Source: Chromera velia
Lineage: Eukaryota
DNA length: 52,897 nt
NCBI GenBank assembly: GCA_018398765.1
Contig: JAHBMJ010000242.1
Span: 1-52,897 of the forward strand
Reading direction: 5' to 3'
Shown: piece after piece, positions 17,270-30,629 of the stretch
Layout: every line of letters begins with the position of its first letter
Position numbering within the stretch: the stretch's first letter is position 1
The notes under the pieces: generated by a model
What the model was told of the DNA's origin: nothing
Databases searched by the model: none
What the model saw: only the letters and a program-made list of their open reading frames with translations
Made by a program: the position numbers and the translations under genes

Positions 17270-17465
17270 CAGTCATTGCATGTGAGACTGTCTCACTTGA
17301 TCGGAGGTTTCTGCATGTGCATCTATCCGACGGTCGGACAAGTTGCGCGCGCATGCATATGCGCGCGTGCGCAGAAAAGAAACTCTGACATTGCGCTGCA
17401 TGCTGAATTTGCGCATATGCCGCGCTCGTGGACGCGCCACGCGGCATATGCCACATGCAATGGCT
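17270..17465. promoter_or_regulatory. Putative bidirectional promoter
   Basis: Dense GCGC/TGCATG/GCATATGC palindromes (e.g. GCGCGCGCATGCATATGCGCGCG) between divergent genes starting at 17044(-) and about 17792(+). Confidence 0.55.
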
Positions 17466-17791
17466 GCAACAGTTGACAACAGTTGCACTTCCAGCCGTTC
17501 GTGTATCAGCAGGATTCAGCAGGTCCCTCACCAGCCGACACAGCCGTATTGTTGTCCCCCACAGTTCATCTCCACGTGTACCGCCGCCTTTCCCCACGGC
17601 TTTTTCAGCACAACTCCTCAGGCAAGAGGAGAAGCACCCCCTCTTCCACATCCAGCGACGTATCCTTATCTGACAGGAACGACGCCTGCAGCACCTTGTC
17701 ACTCTGCCTTTGCCCTCGCTTGTGCATGGCCCTTCTCAGTTCCATTTACAAACACAAGGGAACACACCACCTTCCGCTTTGCCCGATCAGG

Positions 17792-19010
17792 ATGTCCCGT
17801 CCCAGCCAACAACTTCAGCAGAGCAGAAGCAACCTCCCCCGTCTACGCCTGTTGTTCGAAGGAATTAAGTGGCTGCTGCCGGAGAGTGTGTCTGCCGCGA
17901 CACCTGCCACAGCGGTGGAGACCCCCGACCGGGAGGCCGGCTCACACAGCCGCAACGTCGATGCCCTCTTGCCTTCCTTCCGAAACGTGTCCCACTCCCC
18001 CTCCCCCCCGCGTAATCCGACCCCGCCACGCACAGCCCCCCATCAGATTCCGCGAGAGCAGCTCGCACAGTGTGCTGATTGCGAGCAGTTGATGGAATTC
18101 TCGCAAGTCGATGACCACCACCTCACATGCCACGAGCTGAAGGACCTGGACGTGCTCCTTCGTCCAGGCTGGCAGGAGAAGGGCTCATCAGGGGGTCAGT
18201 CACATTCGGTCTCGGCAGGACAGGAGGTAGACAGAGAAAGAGAGGAGGGGATTGACGGACACCCCGAGGGGAGAGGGGTGGTGGTGAATTGCAGGAGGGC
18301 AGTTGACCTTGTGTTCCGATCTGAGTGGTTTGGTTTTGGACTTTCTGGCCATGGAGCGTCACCTGCACCCTGTGGTCGTTCGTCTCTCTCGACAGGGCCT
18401 TCTGCCCTTCCATATGAGAAGACCCGATGTGAAAGTCAATCGCATTACGAAAAGACAATGGGATCGCCTTGACTTGGAGCAGATGCGGTATGGGGCACTC
18501 ATTCCGGTGTATCTGGGCGACAGCCCCGAGATCTTGAGATCTGGTCGCGCCTATCGAGAACACCATCCCGCATATGAGTATCGAGGCTTCGATGCGGGGG
18601 TTGACGGCTTTGTCGTCGTGCAGTTGAGGGGCAACAGTCGGTCGGACAGGCTGACGTGGGTCTTGGAGAAGCCATTGATAGATCCAAGCCGTGAGAAATT
18701 GAGACAGGGGAGAGCGCGGAGAGTAAGGGGGGAGGCACCGATTGATCTGTCCAAAGTGACACTCCGGCATGTCGCCCTGAACCCCGTTGCTGCTCGTCGT
18801 TCGCGTCTCTGGCCGAGTCTCGACAAAGGGATCGCGCTTTTCCTTTCTGCAGAGCCGCGAAAGTCAATCCTGTGGGAGCACACAGACGCGGGGTTAGGAG
18901 AGAAGCATTTCTGGTCAGAGTATGGCTGGAGGTGGCGTGTATACAAGTATCTGCCGCTTTGGTACACAGACTTTTTCTACCCTGGCGGATATCTGGGAAC
19001 CCTTCCATAA
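17792..19010 (+). CDS. Hypothetical protein with C2HC (UBZ-like) zinc motif
   Basis: Two overlapping ORFs are joined by a phase-1 intron 18195-18294 (GTCAGT...TGCAG), giving exons 17792-18194 and 18295-19010. Motif CADCEQLMEFSQVDDHHLTC. The start codon is uncertain. Confidence 0.65.
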
Positions 19011-19540
19011 AGAAGTCGGGCACAAATGGGTGGGATGGGTGGGTGGCTGGGGTTTGGTGTATGGTGGATCCTTATTTGAGCCCTCTGAGGGCTCGATCGT
19101 CTCTCTCGAATCGAAAACCCTCACAACGTACAATTGAAAGGCTTCGATCAAAAACGTCTGGGTGGACATCTTTCACTCAACTGCGTGAAGTCGCCTCCAT
19201 AAAAAGAAGAGGGGAACTGAAGTATCGAATCAATGATCCAGGCAATCATTCGGTTATAGTCGACAGTGTGCCTCTCTTTTTGACAGTACACAAATTTGAC
19301 TGCCGTACTTCGTTCGCTTACCTGCTGTCTGTCTGTAACGGTTCTTCGGTCTTTCCCAAAGGCGCGTCGAGATTCATTAGTAACCGTTACTAACGGTTAC
19401 CTAGTCTGGGTTATGACTGCATGTGTAAAGTCTTATATACTAGGTGAATGACTCTAGATCATGTATTTTAAAATTTGAAAACCTATATATAGCTAGTTAT
19501 AAAGTGATAATTCATACTATAAGATCTATAGATAGATACA

Positions 19541-19560
19541 TGCAAAGCCTAGTGCAAAGC
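19541..19560. repeat. N8-CTAG-N8 scar
   Basis: TGCAAAGC-CTAG-TGCAAAGC. Confidence 0.8.
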
Positions 19561-21120
19561 GCATCGTTTGTACACAATGTGGTTAACACAGTGGTTTGGG
19601 GCTAGGCGGCGCAGTAGACGCCGCTAAGACTAACACTAAGAAGCGGTGGTGACTTAATTGTACGCTCTGCACGCTCGGGCCGCGCGCCATGAAATATTTT
19701 TATTGTATACTAAGAAAAGCCAGCTTTAAAAAAAAAAGAAAAAAAAAATAAAAATAAAATTTGGGCAGCTTAATTTTCTATTAATTATAATTTTTTTTGT
19801 AGTGGTGGTCTATATGACTGTCAATCAGTTTGCTTTCCAGTGTTTCCACCTCATTTATGTGTTTATATCGATCACTTTCCACTAGGCTTTACATTTTTAA
19901 TAGATTTTTTGGAAGTACTTCGTATCCGAGTCACTGGCAGCTCTCTGCAGAAGAGCATGCATTTTGACCTAGATTTGGACGAGGCGACGAGAAGAGACGA
20001 ATGGACTCATTCTGATTCTTTTCCTTCCACCAGGACGGAAGTGAGCCTCAAGAAGACACAAAAGAAACAAGAGGGAAAAGGAGAAAAACGGGACAGAAGA
20101 AGATGAAGATCAAGAAGCACAGTCAAAGAACTGCGCGCAACGTCCTGTCCATTAGTCAGCGGAGGCGAAAGGGCTACAGGGAAAGGAAGAGCACCTTTTT
20201 ACCCAAGGAAGGCAGGTGGGACAAGGCACAAAGACCAGCAGGGAGGTAGACAGAAAACCACATACACAACCAAGTCTTCCCCTGTCTCGTTGTGCTGTTC
20301 TTCCCTCCCCCTCTCCATGTCAGCAGCGCAAACAGAAAGAAACAGCAAGAAAACAATCACACAAGTGAAAGGAGTTCCGAACGTCCTTCCCGCTGATTTC
20401 AGGAAGGAGAGGAGACGAACGGCGAGTGATAAGATGAGAAGCGAAAAGGGAAAAGGACACACAAAGTGAGGGACGAAGAACGATCGAAAGGAATCCTGAC
20501 TAGCTGCCACATGCCGTAACGAAAGGGTAAACGATGGCGAAACAAATAAATGCCTTGCTCCAGTTGGCTGCATGAATGTGGTGAAAAATCCCCCTAGCCT
20601 TCTCTCATTTGAAGTCAACCAACCCCTCCCTCCCTGCCTCCCTCGGATGCCCGTTTGTTTGTTTGTTTGTTCATTTGCTGATCACCAAATTCACATGCAA
20701 GTGAGTGAAGAAAGAACAAGGAAAGAGGGAGAAGCACGTGACGAAGTGGCGGCATTGAAGGCAAGCACGGGAGGGAGGGAAGGGTTGATGGATGGATGAG
20801 GCGTTCTCTCAACCCAACCCCCGCTGTGCAGATCTGTCCCTCCCGTCCTCCTTACCATTGGAAGGAGAATGAGGGCGTGCGCGCGTGCAGTAGGGGGGAA
20901 GGAACGCACGCACAAGAGCAGAGAGAAACAAAGAGGCAAAGAAGAGGACAGAAGTGAGGGCATCGCACACAAAAGCTCTGCATCCGTGGGAAGGAATGAT
21001 CGAAGGTCCCGTCCCGCACCCCACCGCTCTCAGCCTTCCTTCCTTCCCTCCTGGTGTTCTTACTCTCCCCACCACCTCGTCCTGTCCTGTCTCGGTTCCT
21101 TCCAATTTCACGCACTTCCT

Positions 21121-21944
21121 TCACTTGGGGATCAGCCGCTTCAAACCCATCAACCTGCAACCACAAAGAGAAGAGGCAAGACGGGAGGAAAACAAGGCGC
21201 TTGGTTGTCAGTGACCGCCTTCTTCTCTTCAGTTTGGGAGTCCTCCCCCCAAAATGACAGACAGAGAAAATTAATTTCAGGAAGGAACTCTGAATAGAAA
21301 CACAGGCAGGGGCACACGACAGGGAAAGAGCCTACGACTCATTTCCTTTTCTTGTCACGCTCTTTCTAATTGTTTCCCCTTTCACTTTTTGTATAGCACC
21401 ATGTAAACCTCCATCATGGAACACATGGGCCCACGGAACCCCCCACTGTGTTCTCTTCCCACACACAGAGACGCATACACACAGAAAGAGAAAGAGAGAA
21501 GGAGAGAGAGACCTAAAACACATACAGAAGATGATGCACTGGGTTGTATTGAAGAGAGCAGACAAGCACCGATCGACTGACCAAGACTTGTGTCTGTCCC
21601 AATCGGTTGAGCACATCTCCGCCACGATCTTGGAAGCACTCGGCCAGTCCTGAGCCTCCAGGGCGCGTGAGAGGTTGAGCATCCGGTCTGTCTCTCCCTG
21701 ACTAATCCTCTCCGTCTCCAACTGCATGCATATACGAACAAATGCATGCAGCCATCAGGAAGGAACGCAGACACACACAAGAATGAAACGCCCAACACAA
21801 AGATCGCGCAGGCGAGCAAGAGGCTCGACAAGCGTCCAAAAAGAACACAAAGTGCAGACGAAGCAGCCAGCAGACCGATAGGGAAGCACCCATCCTTCCG
21901 ATGAAGGATCCCTGCTTGAGGGAACCAATTAATCGAACAATAAG

Positions 21945-21987
<43 letters not shown>

Positions 21988-23343
21988 AAACAGAGAAAGA
22001 TACGACCAAAGGTCGACTAAAAGTGTGTGTAGAAAGACCCAAAACTGTAACACAACTGATGCAAGCTCGCACCCACCCACCCACCCACCCTGCGGTACAG
22101 CTCGCTGAATTTGGCCTGTGTGTTGGTTCTGTTCCTGTCCGAAGGGTCGGCAATCATCAGAGCCAGGAGTCCGTCCAGTGCCCTCTGGACCAGTTGGGCA
22201 TCTGCCGGGTTCATCATCTGACCCGATACGGCTGCAAGAATCCATCCATGCAGAGAGCAGAGAGAGACCCAAAGCAGAAAGATAGACGACACATGTGGAG
22301 ATGCTCCCTCTTGTGTGTGATCATGCAGATGCACTTTTTCATTCTTTCTCTCAGGGTGCCAAAGGAATCAATTAAACAAAAACAGAAAGAACGACCCCCT
22401 GCTGAGTGCCCTGCAGGTATGATGCGATCGGCAGGCACCTCCTTGACTTCACTTGACTTGACCACTCGTTCCCTCCCTCCCTCCCTCCCTCAGATATGCA
22501 GACGTTGCGTCTGTGTGATTTTCTGTGTGAGGGGCCTCTTTTCCTAATTTCAGTCTATCAGACAGATGTACAGTCTCCCCACAAAAGACCAGGTAGGCTG
22601 ACATACCGACAGCAAAGGGCAAAATAAGTTTCACGAAGCGCCACAGAGACAGGGAGAATGAAAAGCAGGAACTGAGGAGAGAACAGATGAAAGGAAGGAA
22701 GGATGGAACTGACCGTTACCACTTCCGTGAACAGTCAGGTTAGCGTCTTTGGTCGCAGCGTTCGTGGCGCCTTTCTGCAGACAAGAAGAACAGACGGAGG
22801 GAGGGAGGGAAGGAATCCGTCAATGGGAAGAGGGAGGAAAATCACAGCAGTCAGAGGAGGAATCCATTAACTCACTGACTGACTGCATTGCACATAAATC
22901 GACATATTTACCTCATTGCTGCAGTGCCATCTTCTCTTCAGTGTGTGCATTAAGGAACATTTCTCCCCCCACTATTGTCTTTCTTCGGCTCCTCTCCCTT
23001 TGCGACACCGTCAAGCAAAAAACCTTGCTGAAAGTCGAAGTCAGCGCCAAAGCATGTGAGAGACAAGCTAGGGAGCTTGGCTTGAACAGGCCGTGATGCG
23101 GATCCGAAACGTCGTCATATGAGCTGTGATGTGATGTTCTACGTGGTATGGATTGTGCCGGTGCCGTGCCGTGCCAGGAAGACCGATAATTTCTTTTCAC
23201 TTTAATTTCTTTTTTTGGCCTGCCTGACCAAATAAACGCAGTTCTTCCTTCTACATCGTTTTCCTTCTGTCGCGAGGGAAACCTGACTCCCTCCCTCAAT
23301 CGGCGTATGAACAAGAAAGATTATTGACAGAAAGAAAGTGTGT

Positions 23344-23391
<48 letters not shown>

Positions 23392-26281
23392 CCTCCCTCT
23401 TCATCATGTGAAGACAGACAGGTCTGATCGATGCAGCACCTCTGCCATGCTATGCGGGCCTCTTCGCTTCAGAACAGGGGAGAGACCGAGTCACAACACA
23501 CTGACTCAACTCACTCACCTGCTGCGTGGGGTTAGGAACAGGCCAGGGCGTGGGAAGGCCTAGCTCTGCTGTTCCCGCCGCCGCCGCCGTTGGTGCTGTG
23601 GACGTCGCCATCTTGGGAGGCATCACGCCGCCCCCCATGGAGACGCCCCCGATGACCCCGGCAGGCTGGCCGCCGTAGTGGCTCGAAGGGCCGCCGGGGC
23701 CGAGGGAGGACTGGCTAGGGGGTGCGTGGGACTGCATGGGGGGGGCTGAAGACATGTACATGTGGGACGGGGGCTGTGCTCCCATGCCGGCTGCAGTCAG
23801 GGAACACAAGAGGATAAGGGATAGATCATCTATCAGGCAGACATAAGATGAGAAGGAATGCAAAACATGCATCGTTGCACTGGGAATGCATAAACATCCT
23901 GCAGGAAGGAGTTGTAGGCTAAAAAGACGGAAGCGCATACAGACGCACACCTGTTCGTCATCGCGAAAGCGGTAAAGGAAGACAAGACGAGAAGAGAAAC
24001 AAACAAACTGACTGACGCGAAGAAGATGGATATCCCGGAGTGGCCGCAGGTGGTGCGGGGCCCCCCACGCCTCCCATGCCGGGGCCCCTCGACGGCGCTC
24101 CTCCCATTGGGCCTCCAGGCCCAGGTGGTCCCCCGAATCCGCCGCCACCGGAGAATCCTGACACGGGCGACGCCACAGGGCCCCCAATCCCGCTCATCCC
24201 CCCGACGCCGCCCATGCCTCCGGCCATCGGAGACGGGGCAGGCCCCGGCATGCCTCCCCCCATTGGTGGAGGGCCCCCCATTCCAGAGGGAGGGCCCGTC
24301 GGTGTGCGCCCACCCATCGCAGGCGGCCCTGCTGAAGAGGCCGGTGGAGGCAGACGCCCGCCGCCCATGGAGGCGGGTGGAAGCTGCTGACCGGGAGGAG
24401 GGCCCCCTGAGGCGCCGCCCCCAGCGAACCCGCCGCCTCCCATCGGGGGGGGACCTGCCGTCGGCCCACTCGGCCGGGGCGGTCCCCCAGGCGGCACGGA
24501 TGGGGGCCCCGTCTGAGCAGACATCGGGGGGGGGCCTGCCGTGGGCCTTGGGGGTCCCGCTGGAGGCGCTGCTGCTGCCGAGGGTGACACTCCTACTGCA
24601 CATACAAAAAGAAACACACACCAAAGGACACAAAGTCAATGCAATCAGACCAGCCGCTTCAGCCGGCTTGCGCTCAGTGACAGTCGCCCCAAACGCACAT
24701 ACATGCGTACACTCATGCGCAGACATACGGAGAGCCCAGCCAAAGGACCAATGAATCTAGAAAGAAAAATTCAAGAAAAGAAGAGGAGCTCCGAATGGGG
24801 GAGAGAGATAAAACAAAAGAAAGAAGCAACTCGTCGGTCGGTCAAAGAAGTCAGTTTATCCACAGATAACCTTCAAATGTCTTTGCAGATGCCAAGACAC
24901 ACAACGACACAAGCACTCATAGCCATACAGAGAAAGATATCAAATGCAACCAACCAGCCAACCACACAGACAGACAGACAGACACCCATGTACGCATGCC
25001 ACTGACTGACTTCCTCCCAATTGTCCACTTGAGGGAGGGGGCAGGCCCCCGGGTCTGGTGTTGTGGGGGGGCAGTGTGGGCTGAGCGGGGCCGGAGGGGT
25101 AGCCGCCTCCTGCCGCAGAGGGGGGCCCGACCTGGCCGGGGCCCCTGTTGGTCCCTACTGGAGGACCGCCTCCCATGGTGCCGGGGCCGGGGGGCCCTGG
25201 GGGTGCGTATCCTCTCGTTGGGGGCCCTGACATCGAAGAGGGCCCGGGTCCCGGCATTCCTGGGCCCCGTGCGTTGGCTCCGTACTGCGAGCCGGGGCCC
25301 TGCTTCGGCTGGAACCCGCCAGGTCCCGTTCTTCCCATCTGCTGTTGTTGTCCGTACTGCTGGTGCTGTTGCCGTTGCACAGGGGGCATCTGGGGTCGTA
25401 CGTCGACCCTCTGGAAGGGCACTGGGGGGGGGCGGTAGTGTTGCATTGCGGAGGGAGGGGCTGAGTGGTAGATGCGGTCCTTGAGGGAGGCGGTCATGAC
25501 GGTCTCAGGCAGCTGCAATTGAATTGATAGACAGAACAGCGAAGCATTCATTTCTTCGTTCTTTCTTGCTCTTTGACGTGATGAGGCATCCAAACAGAGC
25601 AGCATTCATTCCGTTTATCAGTCAACAAAACAAAGACGAAACAACAACGCCTACAAGAAACAGAGGCCTCGTGAGCATGACAGAAAAAAGAGTTTGCAAA
25701 GGGAACCAGGTGAGTAACGTAGAAACAAACACACTCTTCAACAAGACAGTGTTGCAGCTGGACCAGATTAGATTTATTTACTCATCCGTTCCCCCCGATT
25801 TATTTTTTCCGCTGCGTTTTTTCTTTCTTCAAAGCACAAAGACAACATCGGAAAAGAAGCGAAAACAGTTCACTGACTCACCAGAGTTAGGTATCTCATG
25901 GCTGCGGCAAGACGGCCGGAGTTTGCAAGAATTTCCGCGTATTGCCTGCAAGTAGAAAGAAGCAGATGAACAAACACACAAACAAACAAACAAATAATAT
26001 ACGCGGAAGCAACCAGTGGTTCCACTCTGCTCGACTCCTCTTTTTGCTGGATGGACGTCCGTCGGACCGAGAAGAAAAGGAGAAAGACAGACTGAAGCCA
26101 AAAGGAACGCCCCCCCCCCCCCNNNNCCCCCCCCTCTCTCTCTCTCTGGGTGTCGGCGGTCGGTAGAGAGACGCTAAAGAACGACGGAATGGCAGGGCAC
26201 GATCTATACCTCGCCTTTCTAAGAACCAGAAACAAACACACAGACACAGACGAAGACAGAGAAGGAGACAGGGAGCAAGAA

Positions 26282-26312
<31 letters not shown>

Positions 26313-26601
26313 AAGAAAGAAAGAAAGAAAGAAAAGCAAGAAAGCAAGAAAGAAAGAAAGAAAAGAAACACACGAAAATACAGCACCAATCCCAAACCCA
26401 CGTGCATACTCAATGTAACCAACCACCGGCCCGACTGACTGACTGACTGACACGACTTTCTGGACCATCATATCGTTCTCCCCGTTGAACCCCGTTGCTG
26501 CCTTCAGCACAGCAATCTTCTCTACCAGATGTTGGAGACCCTTCTTCAGGCTCCCCTGGGAGGCAGCCATGTTCGACCAGATCCCGACCTGCACATCCTC
26601 A

Positions 26602-26643
<42 letters not shown>

Positions 26644-27443
26644 CGTAGTGAAATTGAGTCAGTTTTCTTTATTTTGTAACTTCATACATTTTCTTCCGAG
26701 ACTGCCCTTCGACCATCTCTGCTTCTCTTCCTTCCTGCCCGTCGGCATGCACACAGATTTCCTTCCTTAACAAACGAAACGAGCATTGAAGAGAGAAACG
26801 TACAGAAAAAGGAAAACTCACCGGATAGAAGTGAAACGAAAATGCAGCAAAAGAGCGGAATGGAAAGAATGGCGATCCCAACACCAACTAAACCCTCTTC
26901 CACTACCCCCTTCTCGCACCCACTGACGCACGAACTCACCGTCGCCGCGAAATTTCCTGCCGCAACGTAACACACGACAGCAGACCTGCAAGAGCGAAAA
27001 ACAGAATGAAAAAAAGGAAACAGGAAAAACAGGCGAGAGGGGAGATGCACAGGGGGTTTTGTGAACATTTTCCGTTCACTCCAGCACCATCACTGTAAGT
27101 TGACTACCCCTCTCCCCCCTTTGCCGTCCATGCAAAGTCTACTGTTTCCTCCTTTCCAGTCTGCTTGTTTGCATTCGTTGCAGTGTGCTAGCTTGACTGC
27201 TTGTCTTTTTCTCTCAGATATCTTACAGTTCCGACGCGTTTTCTGTCTGTGTTACTGTATGCGTGCAGGCAGGTGTGGCTTTCCGCCTCTCTGCCTCTTC
27301 GGTTGACTGCACGGGTCTTCTGCTCTCCCCCCCCATCTCACTGAAATACACAGACCTGATGTCAAAACGTTCTTGCTCAAGTCTCTGGGCGAGACGTTCT
27401 GCACACACGCACATGCACACACATATGTGTGTACATACATATA

Positions 27444-27483
<40 letters not shown>

Positions 27484-30400
27484 TACACACACACACACAG
27501 AGGCCTTCGCAACAGTGCACACAAGCGCAGAGAAAAAGACGATTGAGGCAAACCACCGAGCATCATGTCGAAATCCCAAAGCGGAACTTCAGTGCACAGA
27601 AGGAAAATGACAGGAGGAACCCCAGGAAGGGAGCTAGGCGGCAGACAGCACTCCATCCAACACAACAAGCCAAATGAGAAAGACGGGGGGAGAACCGGGA
27701 AATAAATTCATAAACTGACCACAGAGCTCTGGGTACTGTTGCCTGTCTTGACCGGCGTAAGTCGCCAGCATCGCCAACGTTTCTTGCCAGTGATCCAGTT
27801 CAGAGATCGCCACCAATTTCCTGAAGTCGTTTGTCATCACACACCCCACAGCCCGGAGGAACAGGTCGTTCTGACGCTCAATGTACGCGTCCCTGCAGGC
27901 CGCCCAGAGGTCGGGACCCCCAATTGACGACAGGAGGAGGGCGTCAGCCTGCAAGAGGGAGGCGACAGAGGAGGGCATGAGAGAGGAAACAAGGAAGGAA
28001 GGAAAGAGAGGCAAAGAAAAAACACACAAAAAACGGAGGACGAAAAGGAATCGACAAAAAACAGGCAGCACGCACTCCTCTGCCGTCAAACTCTTGAACT
28101 CTTGTCTCAGATGACCGGACTTCATTTTTTTGTGATCTCTAGACGACCTTCTTCTCATTTCTCCACCCTCTGACAAAACATCCACTCACTCACTCACTCA
28201 CTCACTCACTCACCAGTCTCCCGGCCGACAGGCACACCTCCACCGCCTGCGCAATGTCCCCCAACAGCACCGACTCCTTCACGAGGAGCTCAGGGCCCCT
28301 GTCCCAATTGGCAGCCAGGGCGACGGATTCCTCGCGAGCGTGTTGGGCCTCTGCAGAGAGACAAGAAAATAATGAAAAAAACAAAAAGACGAAGCGTAGA
28401 GAGGTGGCTCGATGCAAAAGCAGACGCACGGAGTCACGCATGCGCGAATTGCCTCTGCAAAACGGGCTGATCGAAGGACAGGGGGGAGAAGACATACAGG
28501 GAAGAAAGGAGACGTCCTCGGATGAGCGTGAATGAATCAGTCAGTCAGTCAGTCGGTCACCCAATCTGATCGATAGAGTCTCTCTGCAAACTCGCGCTGC
28601 CGTCCCGCATGCTGAATGGGATGGAATGGAATCGGATGGCTATCCATAAATAGATGCGACAACAGCAGCCCTTCGTAACTTTTGCCACAGATTGTATGCT
28701 CGTGGTTTCATTCTGCTTCAACCCTTCCCCGTCCCTCTTTTGATCCAACAAGTCGACGAACGTACCCATCATCTTCTTCTGCTCGGCCGACTCCCTGTCT
28801 GCCTTCTCCCTGTCCTTTGCAGCTGCAGCTGCTACCTTCTCCTCCATCTGCCTGCCCAACTCCTCAAAGAAATTGGAGGCGTCTTCCGGAGTCAGGTTCG
28901 GAGTCAGGCACTGTCTCGCACTCCTGTCTCCTGCCCTGATCGAGGCTGCAGGGGTGATCCCTGAGGCCTGCGCGTTTCTCCCTGACTGCACCGCCTGGGG
29001 AGAGGGCTCCAGGGCCTGGGACATCAACTGGCCGGGGGGGTGGCCCAGGTATTGGGCGACCTTCTCGAAGAGAGAGTTCTGGTTGAACCCCAAAAAGTCG
29101 GCAACGGTCGCACGGTCGGCCTGCATGTAGCGGCAGAGGGAGAGGGAGAGAGGGAGGAGGGCGGAAGGAATGATGTCGATGCAACTTCCCTTCCATTCTC
29201 TTTTTTCTTCTCTTTCCAGAGATGACTCCCGTGGCTTTCACGAGTGAGCAAACCAGCAAAGGAATGCAGAGGAGAGGCCTAGAAAGAATGCATCCAGGAT
29301 CGATTGAGTCAGCCGATCGATTCCTTCCTTCCTTCGTTGACCCATTCATTCATTCTTCTGAAATCCCATTTTGTCATTCCTTTCTCCTCTCCTTCATCCC
29401 TGCACCCCCTCCTTCTGGTTGACAAAAACAAACCCAACTGACTGACTGACTGACTGACCCCCTGTCCAGCTCCATGGAATTTATTTTCATACACAATCCT
29501 TTTGATACAGAACTGCATACACTGACTGACCCCCTGTCCAGCTCCATGGAATTTATTTTCATACAGAATCCTTTTGATACAGAAATGCATACACTGACTG
29601 ACCCCCTGTCCAGCTCCATGGAAGAGCAGCTGCACGAAGGACCAGGTCAACCTTTCGTGCTCGTCACTGGCCGTCTGCCTCTTCGTCTCACAGTAACCTC
29701 TGTAATCCTGAGAGGCCAGGAAACCCTCAAACTGCAGCAAATATTGACGCACGCACAACGGGAGAAATGCAAACTGTGTGACGTCTATGTTTCCGATGCA
29801 ATGCCCTTCAAGCACTCGGACAGGAAGTGCACTGCACACCCAGCACCACACAAGGAATGAAAGAGACAGGAAAGTCACGGAAGGCAGACATGCACAAAAA
29901 AACTGTACGCTATCAGGGTGAGCGCATGAGAAGGGAATCCGAATGTGTTGATTGATTGAAGCGTTTACTTCGGCATCCCCCCCATACACCCTTCCTTCCT
30001 CGCATTCGCCATTCGATTTCTCACTCACTGCCTCACTCACTCCCTCCCTCACTGACCGCATCTGCCTCCGGAATCAATTCAGGGTCGCTGGGTGCGATGT
30101 GAATCTGCACACACACATGCAGAGGCACGCACAGACAGAACACACGGATGATCAGATGAGATGAGAACGGTCAGGCAGACAGAAACAAAGGGCTGCATGG
30201 GTCAAGCAGAACCTAAGCCCGTTTCATACAATCAATCCAGCAGCTTCCTACACCGAGAAACGATTCGGACGCCCAAAAAATCATGCAGGTCTCCTTATTG
30301 AAACCCAGTCTCTGCATGTCACAGAAACAACCCCCCAATAAGTTACATGCAATGAGACTAGTAATGGACAGGTCGAAAAGAATTCTTCTTTCTAGGTCTC

Positions 30401-30569
30401 AACAGTTCCATCTCACTCAAGCATCCCCCCCTCCCCCCCCGCAGACGTACATTCACATTAGTCCCCTGCGTCTTCCCGAAAGTCGCCAATTTCCCCCCAA
30501 ACCCAAAGGACCCTCCACAGGGACGCCGAAACCAGGCGGGGGCGTATCTGCACACACACACACAGAAAC

Positions 30570-30629
<60 letters not shown>

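Noticed and set aside
17483..19010. Apparent programmed frameshift between overlapping ORFs 17483-18472 and 18303-19010
   Set aside because: Explained by a canonical 100-nt intron at 18195-18294.
23450..25605. Collagen-like or separate Gly/Pro-rich protein
   Set aside because: These are phase-compatible exons of the Sec31 proline-rich region.
29449..29623. CRISPR-like repeat-spacer appearance (31-bp repeat, 41-bp spacer)
   Set aside because: The two 'spacers' are near-identical, the repeat is a host exon/intron junction, the context is eukaryotic and there are no cas genes.
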